Source of the DNA: Podarcis vaucheri
Taxonomy: Eukaryota
Assembly (NCBI GenBank): GCA_965113315.1
Contig: OZ220382.1
Length of the DNA stretch: 64,000 bases
Reading direction: 5' to 3' (one strand)
Within the stretch, counting starts at the first letter, position 1, and the number at the start of each line of letters is the position of its first letter. Positions 1 through 11,955 of the stretch are shown in pieces. The notes under the pieces were generated by a model. The model ran no database searches. It was not told the origin of the DNA and saw nothing but the letters and a program-made list of their open reading frames with translations. A program made the translations under genes and the position numbers.

Positions 1-1188
1 ACATATGTAGCTATAAATATTGCAGGTGGTACTCTTTGCAACCAGTTCAAAAACAGTATGTGAAGCTCATGTGCCATTTTTTACACTTATTTACACTGTA
101 GCTATCTGCTGCATTTGTTGCCCATTTAAGAGGTTTGGAGACACACTTTTGGATCTCCTGAAAAGCCTGGTGTCATTCAAAAATTTTGCTCACTCGCTGC
201 TCACCTCCAACTGCAGATAATTTAAAACAACTTAAATAGTACTGGTCTGGGAAAAGATCATTGTGGGAACTTAATTTTACAAAAAGCAGATAAAATTAAC
301 CAATCCGAAACTGTTGCAATTTAAACATATTTTGTAAATATTCTGCTGCAGGAGTGCCAGACATTCCCTGCCAGTTTCATCTGGGATTATGTGCTCCTTT
401 GTTGGATGTTTCAGATTTGGGGTAAAGCAAGGTGTTTAGCAGACTCCATGTTTCTTATTTAATCCAGGCAAGAAATTTATCACTTGTTATTTTACTGTTA
501 AGTACAGTTCAGAAAACCATTTAAATGATTGGTTAGGTCAGAAATGAGGAGCCTCTGGCTCTGCAGATGTTGTTGGGACTCCCATCAGACCCAACCAACA
601 TGGTCAATGGTTAGAGATACTGGGAACACTGTAGTCCAATAACCGGTTTTCCAGACCCAGTTTGGGTTATTGAGAATAACTCATGTGGAGCCTTAGGCTC
701 ACATGCTAACTTTAAGCACATGCAACTTAAAGCACCACCTGAAACAATGCACAATGACTGAATTCAGAGGAGCCTCCAATTCATGCAAGTATAAGCCAAA
801 GCCTATATTTGGACAGCACAGCAAACGATGGCTAATACTGAACAGAAAAGCTGAAATGGATCATTAGGGCAAAGGAAGAGGAGAACCCAGTTCATTTCCA
901 TAGTCTGAAGGATCAGCTGAACTGTGCCCATTGTTGCACCTTTCAAGATCTGGGCTGAAATGTATTCTTTTGCAATGTTGCTATGAGGCTTTTGTCCCTG
1001 CTGTTCCAAAAAATTCCAGAGATTGGAAATGGGTAATGATTTCCATGGGGGGGGGGAGGTTCATACCAAGCTGCGTGGCCAAATAACATCATGAAATGTT
1101 AACGTAATATTCAGAACTCATGTTGCCTTTCAGCCATGTTTGTGGCTGAAAATAGATGCTTAGTAAGTGTGAATATGTTTTTACTTAC

Positions 1189-1287
1189 CCCCAACCAAAG
1201 ACAAACTTTATCTGTAGGAGGAACAGAAGCTTTACAGTAGAGGTTATCTGCCAATAAAAATCTGGTTTCCATCAGTTTTGTGGATTC
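1189..1287 (-). CDS. VBP1: VBP1 coding exon 4
   Basis: 99 nt, tag|GAA...GGG|gtaagt; ESTKLMETRFLLADNLYCKASVPPTDKVCLWLG. Confidence 0.96.
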
Positions 1288-1449
1288 CTACCGAAAGGAG
1301 AGATGACAAATGAACATGGCTAGAGCACTTGTGTTAAAATTAGTCATTATCAATAATTTTCTACAGCCAAATAAAAATTGATTTGTAATAACTATTGATG
1401 TAGCATTGTAGATAAGAAAAATACCCACCACATTGTAAAAGGTATTTAC

Positions 1450-1516
1450 CTTTTTCTTCTGCATGTGTTTTAAGATTTCTAATGTCTGCTTAATTTCAGG
1501 AATTTGATTTTTTAAC
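1450..1516 (-). CDS. VBP1: VBP1 coding exon 3
   Basis: 67 nt, cag|G...AAG|gtaaat; LKNQIPEIKQTLEILKHMQKKK. Confidence 0.96.
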
Positions 1517-1674
1517 CTGTGAATAAAACAGATATAAAATATTATTTATGCTATACTTACTAACCAATCTAATCTGCTTTATATATAATTGGGGTTTTGA
1601 GGTAGGGCAGAAACACTCAGTTCAGCATGTGAGGTTGTTCTACAGATATTTCCATATAAGGGACCCTTGCCTTA

Positions 1675-2520
1675 TTGGGAGTCAGCCTACATTTGAACTT
1701 ACGCCTCAGTTGTGATGCTGGAAATATTGAATTAAAATCAACCAAGGGGTTCTTGAACAATGGATGTTGCAAGATAACTCTTCTAACTTTCAGCACCCGT
1801 AGAATTCCAGCTATAATCATGAAAAAGAAGGCTCATTTAGCCAGGAAAGGAGTCTTCCCTTATCAGCATTTTGAAGACACATCACTTAAGCTACTGTTTG
1901 TACCTAAAAGGGCGATCAGGAGGAACAAAGTCACTTCAACTAAAGCTGACATTGACATTTGTCCTATTGCTGAAGAAGATCACAGTCAATGTGAAGAATT
2001 ATTATCAGAAACTCCAGAGATTATACAAGGAAAATTCAAGAAGTCTAATCCATCTACAGCAGTTCTGAATAAAAATTACCCTCCAGATTTAGCAGACTGG
2101 ATAGTCCCAGAAAAAGAGGATTTGCTAAGTAATTTTATTAACCTACCAGATAATGAGCAAAGTGGCATTCTCATCAAACTAGCTAAGTTTCAGTCCAGAT
2201 TGACCCAAATACAACAGCATGGACAACAAAACGTTGGTGAAACAACTGACAATCAAACCTTTTGCCCACAGACTGTTTCTCCAAAATGTATAGTTAAAAA
2301 GAGGACTACCAGAGGAACTTTTAAATGTATAGATGCAAACTGCAAACTCAACCCCCCCTTGGAATATGATATGGTTAGGGACAATCCTGATGGTGTGACT
2401 ACAAATTCCTGGCTGAGCTACTGGAAATTAGTTCCAAATGAAACAGGTAGTCCTCTCCCGAGAATCAAAAAGTATACCAACACCACTGAATGGGTTCCCA
2501 CTGATAAGAGGAATGGATAA
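1675..2520 (+). mobile_element. ORF1 region of an old RTE-X-like LINE, interrupted by the L2 insertion
   Basis: 281-codon open frame ending exactly at the L2 tail; same strand as, and upstream of, the APE endonuclease remnant at 6602-7485. Confidence 0.55.
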
Positions 2521-5500
2521 TAATGATAATGATAATGATAATGATTATTATTATTATTATTTATTATTTATACCCATCTGGCTGAGTTTCCCCAGCCACT
2601 CTGGGCGGCTCCCAATCAGTGTTAAAAACAGTACAGCGTTACATATTAAAAACTTCCCTGAACAGGGCTGCCTTAAGATGTCTTCTGAATGTCAGGTAAT
2701 TATTTATCTCTTTGACATCTGATAGGAGGGCGTTCCACAGGGCGGGCGCCACTACCAAGAAGGCCCTCTGCCTGGTTCCCTGTAGCCTCACTTCTTGCAA
2801 TGAGGGAACCGCCAGAAGGCCCTCGACGCTGGATCTCAGTGTCCGGGCTGAACGATGGGGGTGGAGACGCTCCTTCAGGTATACAGGACCGAGGCCGTTT
2901 AGGGCTTTAAAGGTCAGCACCAACACTTTGAATCGTGCTCGGAAACGTACTGGGAGCCAATGCAGATCTCTCAGAACCGGTGTTATGTGGTCCCGGTGGC
3001 CACTCCCAGTCACCAGTCTAGCTGCCGCATTCTGGATTAATTGCAGTTTCCGGGTCACCTTCAAAGGTAGCCCCACGTAGAGCGCGTTGCAGTAGTCCAA
3101 GCGTGAGATAACTAGAGCATGCACCACTCTGGCGAGACAGTTCGCGGGCAGGTAGGGTCTTAGCCTGCGTACCAGGTGGAGCTGGTAGACAGCTGCCCTG
3201 GACACAGAGTTAACCTGCTCCTCCATGGACAGCTGTGAGTCCAAAATGACTCCCAGGCGGCGCACCTGGTCCTTCAGGGGCATAGTTACCCCATTCAAGA
3301 CCAGGGAATCCCCCACACCAACCCGCTCCCTGTCCCCCAAAAACAGTACTTCTGTCTTGTCAGGATTCAACCTCAATCTGTTAGCCGCCATCCATCCTCC
3401 AACCGCCTCCAGGCACTCACACAGGACCTTCACCGCCTTCACTGGTTCTGATTTAAAGGAGAGGTAGAGCTGGGTGTCATCTGCATACTGATGAACACCC
3501 AGTCCAAACCCCCTGATGATCTCTGCCAGCGGCTTCATATAGATATTAAAAAGCATGGAGGACAGAACCCAGAGGCACCCCACAAGTGAGAGCCCAGGGG
3601 TCTGAACACTCATCCCCCACCACCACTTTCTGGACACGGCCCAGGAGGAGGGAGCGGAACCACTGTATGACAGTGCCCCCAGCTCCCAGCCCCTCTAGAC
3701 GGTCCAGAAGGATGTTATGGTCGATGGTATCAAAGGCCGCTGAGAGATCCAGCAGAACTAGGAAACAGCTCTCACCTTTGTCCCTAGCCCGCCGGAGATC
3801 ATCAACCAGCGTGGCCAAGGCAGTTTCAGTCCCATGGTGAGGCCTGAATCCCGATTGGAAGGGATCCAAATGGTCCGTTTCCTCCAGGCGTGCTTGGAGC
3901 TGTTCAGCAACCACCCGCTCAATCACCTTGCCCAAGAATGGCAGATTTGATACTGGGCGATAGTTGGCCAAATTGGCCGGGTCTAAAGATTTTTTTTAAG
4001 AAGCGGTTTAATGACCGCCTCTTTCAGCGGGTCTGGGAAGGCTCCCTCACAGAGGGAAGCATTCACCACCCCGCAGAGCCCATCGCCCAGCCCTTCCCAG
4101 CTCGCTTTTATCAGCCAGGATGGGCAAGGATCAAGGAGACAGGTGGTCGGTTTCACTTGTCCAAGCAGCCTGTCCACATCCTTGGAGGTAACAGATTGGA
4201 ATTGATCCCATGTAACAGGACCAGACAGAACTCTAGCACTCTCCCGCCCTGGCCCTGCTCCCACGGTGGAGTCTACCTCCTTCTGAATCTGAGCGATTTT
4301 ATCTGCAAAAAACTTTGCAAAAGCATTGCAGGAGATCTTGGGGTCCCTACCAGGCCCCGGTGGTACAGGTGGTTCCGATAGATTGCGAACCACTTGAAAA
4401 AGTCTCCTGCTGCTGTTTTCTGCAGATGCAATGGAGGCGGCGAAGAAGGCCCTCTTCGCCGTCGCCATTGCCACTTGGTAGGCTCGACGTTGAGCTCTAA
4501 CCCGTGTCCGGTCTGATTCAGAATGAGTTTTCCGCCACCGGCGCTCTAGCTGTCTCAACAATTGTTTCATCACCCTCAGCTCCGGGGAAAACCACGGGGC
4601 TGTCCGGGCTCCATGCAATCGGAGAGGGTGCTTTGGAGCCAGACAGTCAACAGCCCTGGTTAACTCCGCATTCCAGCGGGCCACCAGGGAATCAGCTGAA
4701 AGGCCATCAACTTGGGATAAAGCATCCCCTACCACTCTCTGGAAGCCAATTGGATCCATTAAGTGGTGGGGGCGGACCATCCGAATCGGTCCCACCTCCC
4801 TGCAGAGGGGAAGGGTTGCGGAGAAGTCCAGTTGCACCAGGAAGTGATCTGACCATGGCACTTCTTTTGTTTCGCTTTTAGTTAGTGTCAGATCACCAAC
4901 ATCCATAGAGGTGAACACCAAGTCTAAGGTATGTCCATGGCTATGAGTTGGGCCAAACTTATTCAGGGACAGTCCCATGGAGGCCATGCTTTCCACGAAG
5001 TCCCGAGCGGCCCCTTGTAAGGTCGTGTCGGCATGGATGTTAAAATCCCCCAGGACAACCAAGCTAGGTGTCTCCAGGAGCATATCCGCCACGACCTGAA
5101 GCAGCTCGGGCAGGGAATCCTTGGTGCAGCGGGGAGGTCGGTACACCAGTAGGAATCCTGTACTGCCCCTATTGCCCAACTTCCAGAACATACACTCAGA
5201 AAACTGGGTCTTCCCAATAGGACGCCTGGTGCAGACTAATGACTTCCTAAAAATCACTGCAACCCCCCCTCCCCGCCCACATGACCTGGGTTACTATGCG
5301 TAAGAGAAACCTGGTGGGCAAGCAGCGGCAAGCACAGGCCCATCAGCTTCATCCAACCAGGTCTCTGTCACACATGCCAGGTCAAATCCTCCAATCAGGT
5401 CGTGGATGGCAGTGGTTTTATTCATCATTGACCTGGCATTGCACAGCAACACTTTCAGGTCATGTGGGTTTCCCTTGCTGATTACTGTATCCTTCCGGTC

Positions 5501-5990
5501 AGGACCAGACCTGGAGGCAGGGATAGTCCTCAAACAACGACTAAACCTGCCTCCTCGGTAATGACATGGTCTGGTCTTAGCATAACTCCTCCTCCTGCCT
5601 GTGATCACTGAGATCGGGTGTCCCAAAACATCCCTCCCTGTGGAACCTGCCCCACCCAATCTATTGGCTGAGGCCCACTCCCAGGCAGCCATGACCCTTC
5701 CCCTTAAAAAGCAAAATACAAACTATATAATAATTTAAAATAATAATAATAATAATAATAAAACAAAGCAAGAAACAATAGCGCTGACTAAATGCTTATC
5801 CCACCCCAAGCAAAAATAAAATAATGAAATAATATAATATTATAAAAAACAACAACCACCATTTAAGGTGCTGCAAATTAAAAGCAATTAAAACATGGAA
5901 ACATGGAAGCATTAAAACAATTGTGCTGCAAATTAAAAGCATTTAAACATGGAAACATGGAAGCAATTAAAACATGGAAGCATTTTTAAA
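2521..5990 (-). mobile_element. Near full-length L2-clade LINE (endonuclease + RT), disrupted by stops/frameshifts
   Basis: ORF pieces 5294-5692, 3983-5257, 3546-3971, 2639-3637: LLCNARS, VTETWL, LGDFNIH, WSDHFL (APE); NYRPVSNLPFLGK, LLDLSAAFDTIDH, QYADDTQLY (RT); 3' microsatellite tail at 2521-2570; tandem repeats at 5' end 5868-5990. Confidence 0.93.
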
Positions 5991-6042
5991 GATGAAATTG
6001 GGTACTTGGACAAAGTTGAACCAAAAGGCCAGAGCCTTAAAG

Positions 6043-6593
6043 CAGTGTTTCCCAACCGGTGTTCCGCGGCACACTACTGTGCCGTGAGACATTGGCTGGT
6101 GTGCCGTCGGAGGGAGGCGGGCGAGTCGGGCGGTGAGAGGCGGCGGCGGCGAGGATCCGCGTCGAGCCGGGGGTGGCTCCGCGGTGGTGGTGCCGAGCGG
6201 AGGGGCAGCGCGTGCAAAAGGGAGGAGTGCGAGACAGCGGAGGAGGAGGCCAGCATGTCCGGGCAGCAGCAGCAACAACAGCAGCAGCAACTCCCGGCGA
6301 CGGCTCCTCAAGCCCCGCCGCCGCCCCCTCCTCCACCCGCTATCGCCGCCACCACCACAACAGCTGCCGCCGCCTCAGTTGCCGCCGTCCCTCAGTCCCT
6401 CGCTCTGCTGCCTCCTCCCACCCCCAAAGCTTGGAGGTTCCCCGGCAAGGGGGAGGGGAAAAACTTTCACTTTCGTGCGTCCCTCCCGGCATGACGCTGC
6501 GCGCTGACGTCACGGGGCTGTAATGGTGGTGTGCCGCGAGATTTTTTTCCTTAAACAGGTGTGCCGTTGCCCAAAAAAGGTTGGGAAACACTG
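6043..6593. mobile_element. Non-autonomous hAT element (551 bp) with GC-rich gene-like cargo
   Basis: Perfect 15-bp TIR CAGTGTTTCCCAACC/GGTTGGGAAACACTG; exact 8-bp TSD CCTTAAAG at 6035-6042 and 6594-6601; repeated subterminal GTGCCG. Confidence 0.93.
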
Positions 6594-6601
6594 CCTTAAA
6601 G

Positions 6602-7485
6602 GAGTTGGGGCTAAAACTGATGTCATGGAACATAGCAGGCTGTCATTCAAGGCAGATTAATAGACAGCTGATGAACTATTTTGTGCAATTTGATATTATT
6701 CTGCTTCAAGAAACATGGCACAATGACTCTATAATGATTAACGGAAACAAATGTCACTCATTGACAACCACTCCCTCAATGAAAGGTGGTAGGGTCAGTG
6801 GGTGTCTAGCATGTTTCATCTCCACAAAGTTGAATGCAACTACAACAGCCATGATTCCATGTAACCCATTTACAACTGCTGTCTTGGTTGTAGTTTTGAA
6901 AGTATGTTTAATGCTGATTAATGTCTACATACCACCTTGTCAAAAAGTTTAAAAAAAACAACTACTGTAAATACTATATGGACAGACGTAGAGAATTATA
7001 TAGAATCCATGGAATCCCTATATCCTACCACAGTGTTTATCATTGCAGGGGATTTTAATGTACATATGGGAGTTAACGATGTAAATTTGTATAAGATCAG
7101 ATTCTGAAACCAGATATTTACTTAGCCGGAGGTACCTCCCGCCTGTCTAATTACATCATAGATGTAATTATTCAGAGCTTTGTTTAGCCCAAGTTGTAAG
7201 GTGGAGGGACTTGCTAATATTGAACAGCATGATAGAGGGAGATCAATCCGGAGAATATACCCACTTTACAAAGCATGGAGGCAGTGTGACAGATTATATT
7301 GGTGATCTCATGATTTGCATAAGTTTGTCATGGAGTTAAAGCTGGGCAATAATATTGAAAGCAATCATTTACCTCTAACAATGGTACTAGTAGCCCCAGT
7401 ATTTAACAATTCTTCCCCCAAAACTCAATTTATCTCTAATGCAAACTTAGGTGTGACTGCAGGCAATGGAATTAGGTGGACACCA
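6602..7485 (+). mobile_element. Degenerate APE endonuclease domain (ORF2 5' part) of RTE-X-like LINE
   Basis: LKLMSWNIAG, FDIILLQETW, LINVYIPP, IIAGDFN (about 7039-7059), GEYTHFTKHGGSVTDYI, ESNHLPL in the expected order across frameshifts. Confidence 0.85.
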
Positions 7486-8150
7486 GTACACTTAATGCTT
7501 AACTCGTTCCGAGGGTCCTTACATACCCCCAAAAGTCCACAACTTGAGGCACCGTTTCTACGCATGTGAAGTGAAACCCGGAATTATACAATGTGATTGT
7601 ACATGCAATAGCATATGGAAACTTGACCTTGTTCTTTTGAATGAACACTTCTGTTGATTAATGCTAACCTATGATTGCTTTTTTTCTATTCCAGTAATAA
7701 TTATTGCCATCAAAATTTGTTCGATGGAATGGCCAGGCTCATTGTCTAATTTTTCACCTGGATTTACTTTAACTCCTAGTCAAGCAAAATAATGCATGAC
7801 AAAAAGCAACAGTGGGTGCAGATACCTAATTATTTAATACTGTGGCCCCATCACTACTGTAAAAACCAGCTCATTTAAGTCATGATATAAAGCAGAAAAA
7901 TATTAACTGCAAACATGTCAAATACTCTTATGTGCCTTTCAGACATTCCTCACAAGTTGGACCACAGTCCTAGCATTGCAAGTTGTTTTAGTATCCTACC
8001 AGTGCATCAGCTTGTAGCAACAACTGTCTAGCTTCTTAAAGGGTAGTAGCTTATTAAATTTTAACCAAAGAACAGTCTGCATGATGACATGGGGAGTAGC
8101 ATTATAACTTTAGAATAAGCCTTATAAAGGAGACCACAGAAAATACCTAC

Positions 8151-8275
8151 CTTCTTTTCTTCTGGGCAAGGTTAAGCTCCATAAATTTATATTTCTGATA
8201 CTGTTCATCCAATTTCTTGAGTACGGTGTCTGCCGTCTCATTTCCTGGCTGTTTCATAAAGGAATCTACATCTTC
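8151..8275 (-). CDS. VBP1: VBP1 coding exon 2
   Basis: 125 nt, aag|GAAGAT...AGAAG|gtaggt; EDVDSFMKQPGNETADTVLKKLDEQYQKYKFMELNLAQKKR. Confidence 0.97.
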
Positions 8276-9759
8276 CTTCGAGTAGAAACACATTATACAT
8301 AAGTAACTCCCAAAGCTTCAATTCATACAACCATGTGAAGAGTTGGTTGGTCAAGGCCTGGCCTGTTCTGACTTCTTCCAGGGCTGGCATTGGGGACAGG
8401 AATGGCCAAGCACCAGCCAAAGACCCTGCTCCAGTATGAGACCCACTACTGAGAGTCCCCTGGCCCTCCTCACCATTTCTAACCACTTGCTTGCCTACCC
8501 TTTTTTGCTTTTTAATTTCCTAAGTCATTTAGAGACTTCTTATATGTCAGCTGGCTACTAAAATTGAACAAATAACAATAATTCTGCTTTCTCTTCTACA
8601 TTCAAAAGCATAAACAGCATAGTCAAGCAGTAAAATATTTGGGAAGCAAGTCCAAGGTTAGTTTCTCCTTTTAGTATCAATCCCACATAAACAGGTTGCC
8701 TGAAAGGAATGGCAGCTATGCAGCCAGCCCCCTCCCCCCTGGGAATATGCAGACCTATCTAGCTGGCCACTCAAAGCAAACAAATGCCTGTCTAGAGAGA
8801 TGTTCAATATGATCCAGGAGGACTCTTATTCTTCATAATGAATTAGATTCATAAGATAGGAAGACTACAAGGGTTTTTTTTTGGGGGGGGCAGCCAATAG
8901 CAAGGAAATATTACTGCTTTCCGTGTATAATTGGCTACTCAACTACTGGTAGCAAAATGTTAGCATATGGCCTAATAAACCATAGCAAAATGGTAGCAAA
9001 ATGGTAGCATATGGCCTAATAAACCAGTCTCTGTTGCATCACACTGGCGCTCATAGAAGCATAAGGAACTGCCTTACACTGAGCCAGACCATTAGTCCAT
9101 GGAGCTCAGAACTGACTACACTATTTTATTCCCTCTCCTAGTTTACAGTATAAAAGCCCCCCTTCCTGGTCACTTGGAAGCAATTCTTACTTGATCTGAG
9201 CCAGCTCGGCTCTTCTTACAGAAGACAAATCCATGGTACACAGACCTATTAAACCATGACATTATAGCAGTTATAGTTCGCAAGACTAGCACAACCGTGA
9301 AGCTTGTTGGAAACTGACAGTATCTCTTCAGCTAGCTTCCCTTGCAGTGTTGCTTATAAGAACAGGGATGAGGGGGGAAGAGCAACGGGCAGTGTCTTAG
9401 GCTCTCTGGGAGGAAAGGCCGGATGCAGTAAGTACCGGTAAATTACAGACCACGGAACCTTCGCATTAAAAGGCAATCACTCTTGAAATCCGAAGTGGGT
9501 GGGGCGCAAAAAGCAGAAGAGGCTGCCCCCCCCATTCTTGCCCCCATCTTCCCTGCTGGATTTATTTCCCCAGAGGCGTGACACCCAACCTGCCTCTGAA
9601 TACCAGGGGAGCCCTCGCATTCCTGCCTCGTCTGCTGGCAGTCTTTTCCCAAACAAAAAACAGGCTGCTTGTCTTCGACTGACCTGGCAGGGCTTCCTGC
9701 CCGTTCCTTATAATAATAATAAATTAATAACAGTAGGCTACCTTAAAACGCCAGTTACT

Positions 9760-10340
9760 GCAGGGAAGGCCGCCGCCGCCGCCACGTGAAGGTATCAGGG
9801 CCTCCTTACTAACAGGCAGTCTACCCCTAAATGCCAGGTGCCGCAGAGCCTCCGCGCTCCTGCCCCGCGGCGAGGGCGCCGGTCGGAAAAGAGGGTCTTT
9901 GGGGCTGACAGCCTCCCGGACATCATTATTGAGGAGACCCCCCCCCACTCCCCGCTCCCTGTCAAAAGTGAAGCGCATGCGCAACAAGCACACCACGAAG
10001 AACACCCCCCACCCCACCCCACGTTCACCTCAGTACTCGAGGTCCACTCTGGCCCCTCCGCGTGGCTCCCCATTTCCCACCCACCCCGCGCCCACATTTT
10101 TGCTTACTACGAAGATGGCCTCGGGGATGCCCAGGTGCGCCCGTTTCCCGCCCGTTGGTCCGTCGCCGCAAACTGCCTCGCCGACGGTGACCGCCGCCAT
10201 CTTCATGAAGGGAGTAAAAGAATGGGGAGGGAGGGAGGGGGGGAATAGAGCCCGACGTGCTTTTCCTCCCTCGCGCATGCGGATTGGCGTCGAAACTGAG
10301 CTAACCGTAGCCCAGACGTCGCGCGCGCGGGTTCTGAGGA
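9760..10340 (-). promoter_or_regulatory. CpG island / promoter of VBP1
   Basis: Dense CpGs around exon 1; NRF1-type GCGCATGCG at 10273-10281 and perfect GCGCATGCGC at 9973-9982; CCAAT (minus) at 10283-10287; YY1-like AAGATGGCGGC over the start codon. Confidence 0.8.
10108..10200 (-). CDS. VBP1: VBP1 coding exon 1
   Basis: ATG at 10200 in AAGATGGCGG context; encodes MAAV...HLGIPEAIFV; donor GTAAGC at 10107; an in-frame ATG at 10206 would add MK. Confidence 0.95.
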
Positions 10341-10529
10341 GGGGGAGTGGAGGGTCTCCCTGTTGCCTGATAGGTCTTGATTGACTGCCCGAGGGTAAGG
10401 GAGGAGCTTGCCCTGCCATTCTCGTTTTTGGTGTGAAGGTTGTATTGTTGGTGTTAGATGGTGGTGATAATGTGCAGCTACCCCACTAAGAAAGCGAAAG
10501 CCCCTTCGTGATTTACCATATAAATAGGA

Positions 10530-10534
<5 letters not shown>

Positions 10535-10577
<43 letters not shown>
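10535..10577. repeat. (ATT)n microsatellite
   Basis: About 14 perfect trinucleotide units. Confidence 0.95.
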
Positions 10578-10966
10578 GCATAGAAGCAAGGCTGTGTACA
10601 CACTGGGTCATTAAAGCACATTGCTCCACCCCTCAAAGAATCCTGGGAACTGCAGTTACAGGATCGCCATGAAGGATGCCCGAATATTTGTTACTTTTAT
10701 ATCAGACGTTTCCTTCCAAGAGCTCAGTATGATGTATGTATCATTATAGAGTCCTAGAATGGTTGGAAGGGACCACGAGGATCAAACAATCTCTTCCCCT
10801 GCGCTGCCTCTGCAGGAATATTTCGCCCAAAGGGGGGTTTAAACCCACGGCCCCAAGACTAAGGGTCTCATGCTCTTCGGTTTTCCCACTCCCCGTTTTA
10901 TCCGCACGATAACCCTGTGTGGTAGGTTAGGTTGACTGTCAGAGGCGCAACACAGTGAGCCGGTGG

Positions 10967-11402
10967 CAGGGGCACCGACTTATAAAAAATATTGGGGGGG
11001 CCCATACCGGGGTCATGCCCCGGGAGGTTTTCTAAATTTTAGATGAAAATTAGTGAGATTTAAAGTATTTCGGCGGAGCCGGAGCGATTGGGAAGGAGGG
11101 GGCTTGTTGCCGGATTCTTCAGCTGGGCCGGAGATCCGCTGCTCGGGGATCCCTGGGCCGAGTTGTGAGCACGGCCTGCTGAAGGGAGATCCAGCCGATT
11201 GCGCGACGGGGGCGGCCGGGGCTCTCCGGCTAGGGCGCGCGGCTGGCTGGCTGGCTGGCGAGGGAGCAGGTGGGGAGGAGGCGGGGGACGGTGGTGGTGC
11301 TCTGCTGGAGGGGCGCCCGAGATTATTGGGGGGCGGAGCCCCCCCAAACGAATTTTTTAGGGGGCTCGGGCCCCCTCAGGCCCCATGGAGTCGGCGCCTA
11401 TG
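10967..11402. mobile_element. Non-autonomous hAT-like element (436 bp) with CpG-rich interior, inserted into an old MIR-like SINE
   Basis: Imperfect TIR CAGGGGCACCGACTT vs CATAGGCGCCGACTC (reverse complement of right end); 8-bp TSD GCCGGTGG (10959-10966) / GCAGGTGG (11403-11410). Confidence 0.8.
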
Positions 11403-11777
11403 GCAGGTGGGGATTTGAATCCTAGTTTCCACTACATCACATTAGCGGTGGCAAATGCCCCTTGATTATGGTAGGGAGGAAAGGGAGGCAGGGCAACAAG
11501 AGGTGGAGCCAGAGTCAAAGACAAGTAGAGCCGATTGATTCTGTTTTTGTCCCATCCACCTCCCTGCTGAATTCTACAAGGGCAGCACTGAGACTGAAAA
11601 AGAGGAAGATAACAACTACGTAGTTCCACTACCTCCTGGGTTGGTTGTAAGAAGGAAAGGAACTGAGATTGGTGCAGCAGTGCCACCTTAGCCCTTATGA
11701 ACCAACCTCTGATATATCACACTGGTGGCTTTCATAGAAAAACTTCCTTAGACCAAGTCAGACCATTGGTCCGTTTA

Positions 11778-11955
11778 CATAGCTGTCAACTTTCAGATTT
11801 GAAAAAAAGGGATCAGCAGCCTCGAAAATAAGGGATCAGCAGCCTCACCTGTCCCGGGGACAGTCTACAGGATATCTAACAATCCAGGATAGCAGCGGGA
11901 AACGGTGCTGGAACAAGGGAATTTTCCACCAAAAAAGGGACGGTTGACAGCTATG
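11778..11955. mobile_element. 178-bp TIR MITE with 6-bp TSD
   Basis: Perfect 13-bp TIR CATAGCTGTCAAC/GTTGACAGCTATG; CGTTTA on both sides; internal direct repeat AAGGGATCAGCAGCCTC x2. Confidence 0.85.

Larger units (their letters stand above)
1189..10200 (-). other. VBP1: VBP1 (von Hippel-Lindau binding protein 1 / prefoldin subunit 3) gene span, coding exons 1-4; remaining exons beyond position 1
   Basis: Four GT-AG exons (93+125+67+99 nt) splice in frame to MAAVTVGEAVCGDGPTGGKRAHLGIPEAIFV-EDVDSFMKQPGNETADTVLKKLDEQYQKYKFMELNLAQKKRR-LKNQIPEIKQTLEILKHMQKKK-ESTKLMETRFLLADNLYCKASVPPTDKVCLWLG, the prefoldin-3 sequence. Confidence 0.97.

Noticed and set aside
1675-2520. Novel antisense protein-coding gene in a VBP1 intron
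   Set aside because: Ends exactly at the L2 tail and precedes a LINE endonuclease on the same strand; better explained as LINE ORF1.
5949-6633. Many overlapping low-complexity ORFs as a resident polyQ gene exon
   Set aside because: They lie in or across a TIR/TSD-bounded insertion inside a LINE; GC-rich DNA is stop-poor in all frames and no downstream exons are evident.
10030-10419. 129-aa ORF as an N-terminally extended VBP1
   Set aside because: Homology starts at 10200; the extension crosses promoter motifs and the 3' part reads into intron 1.
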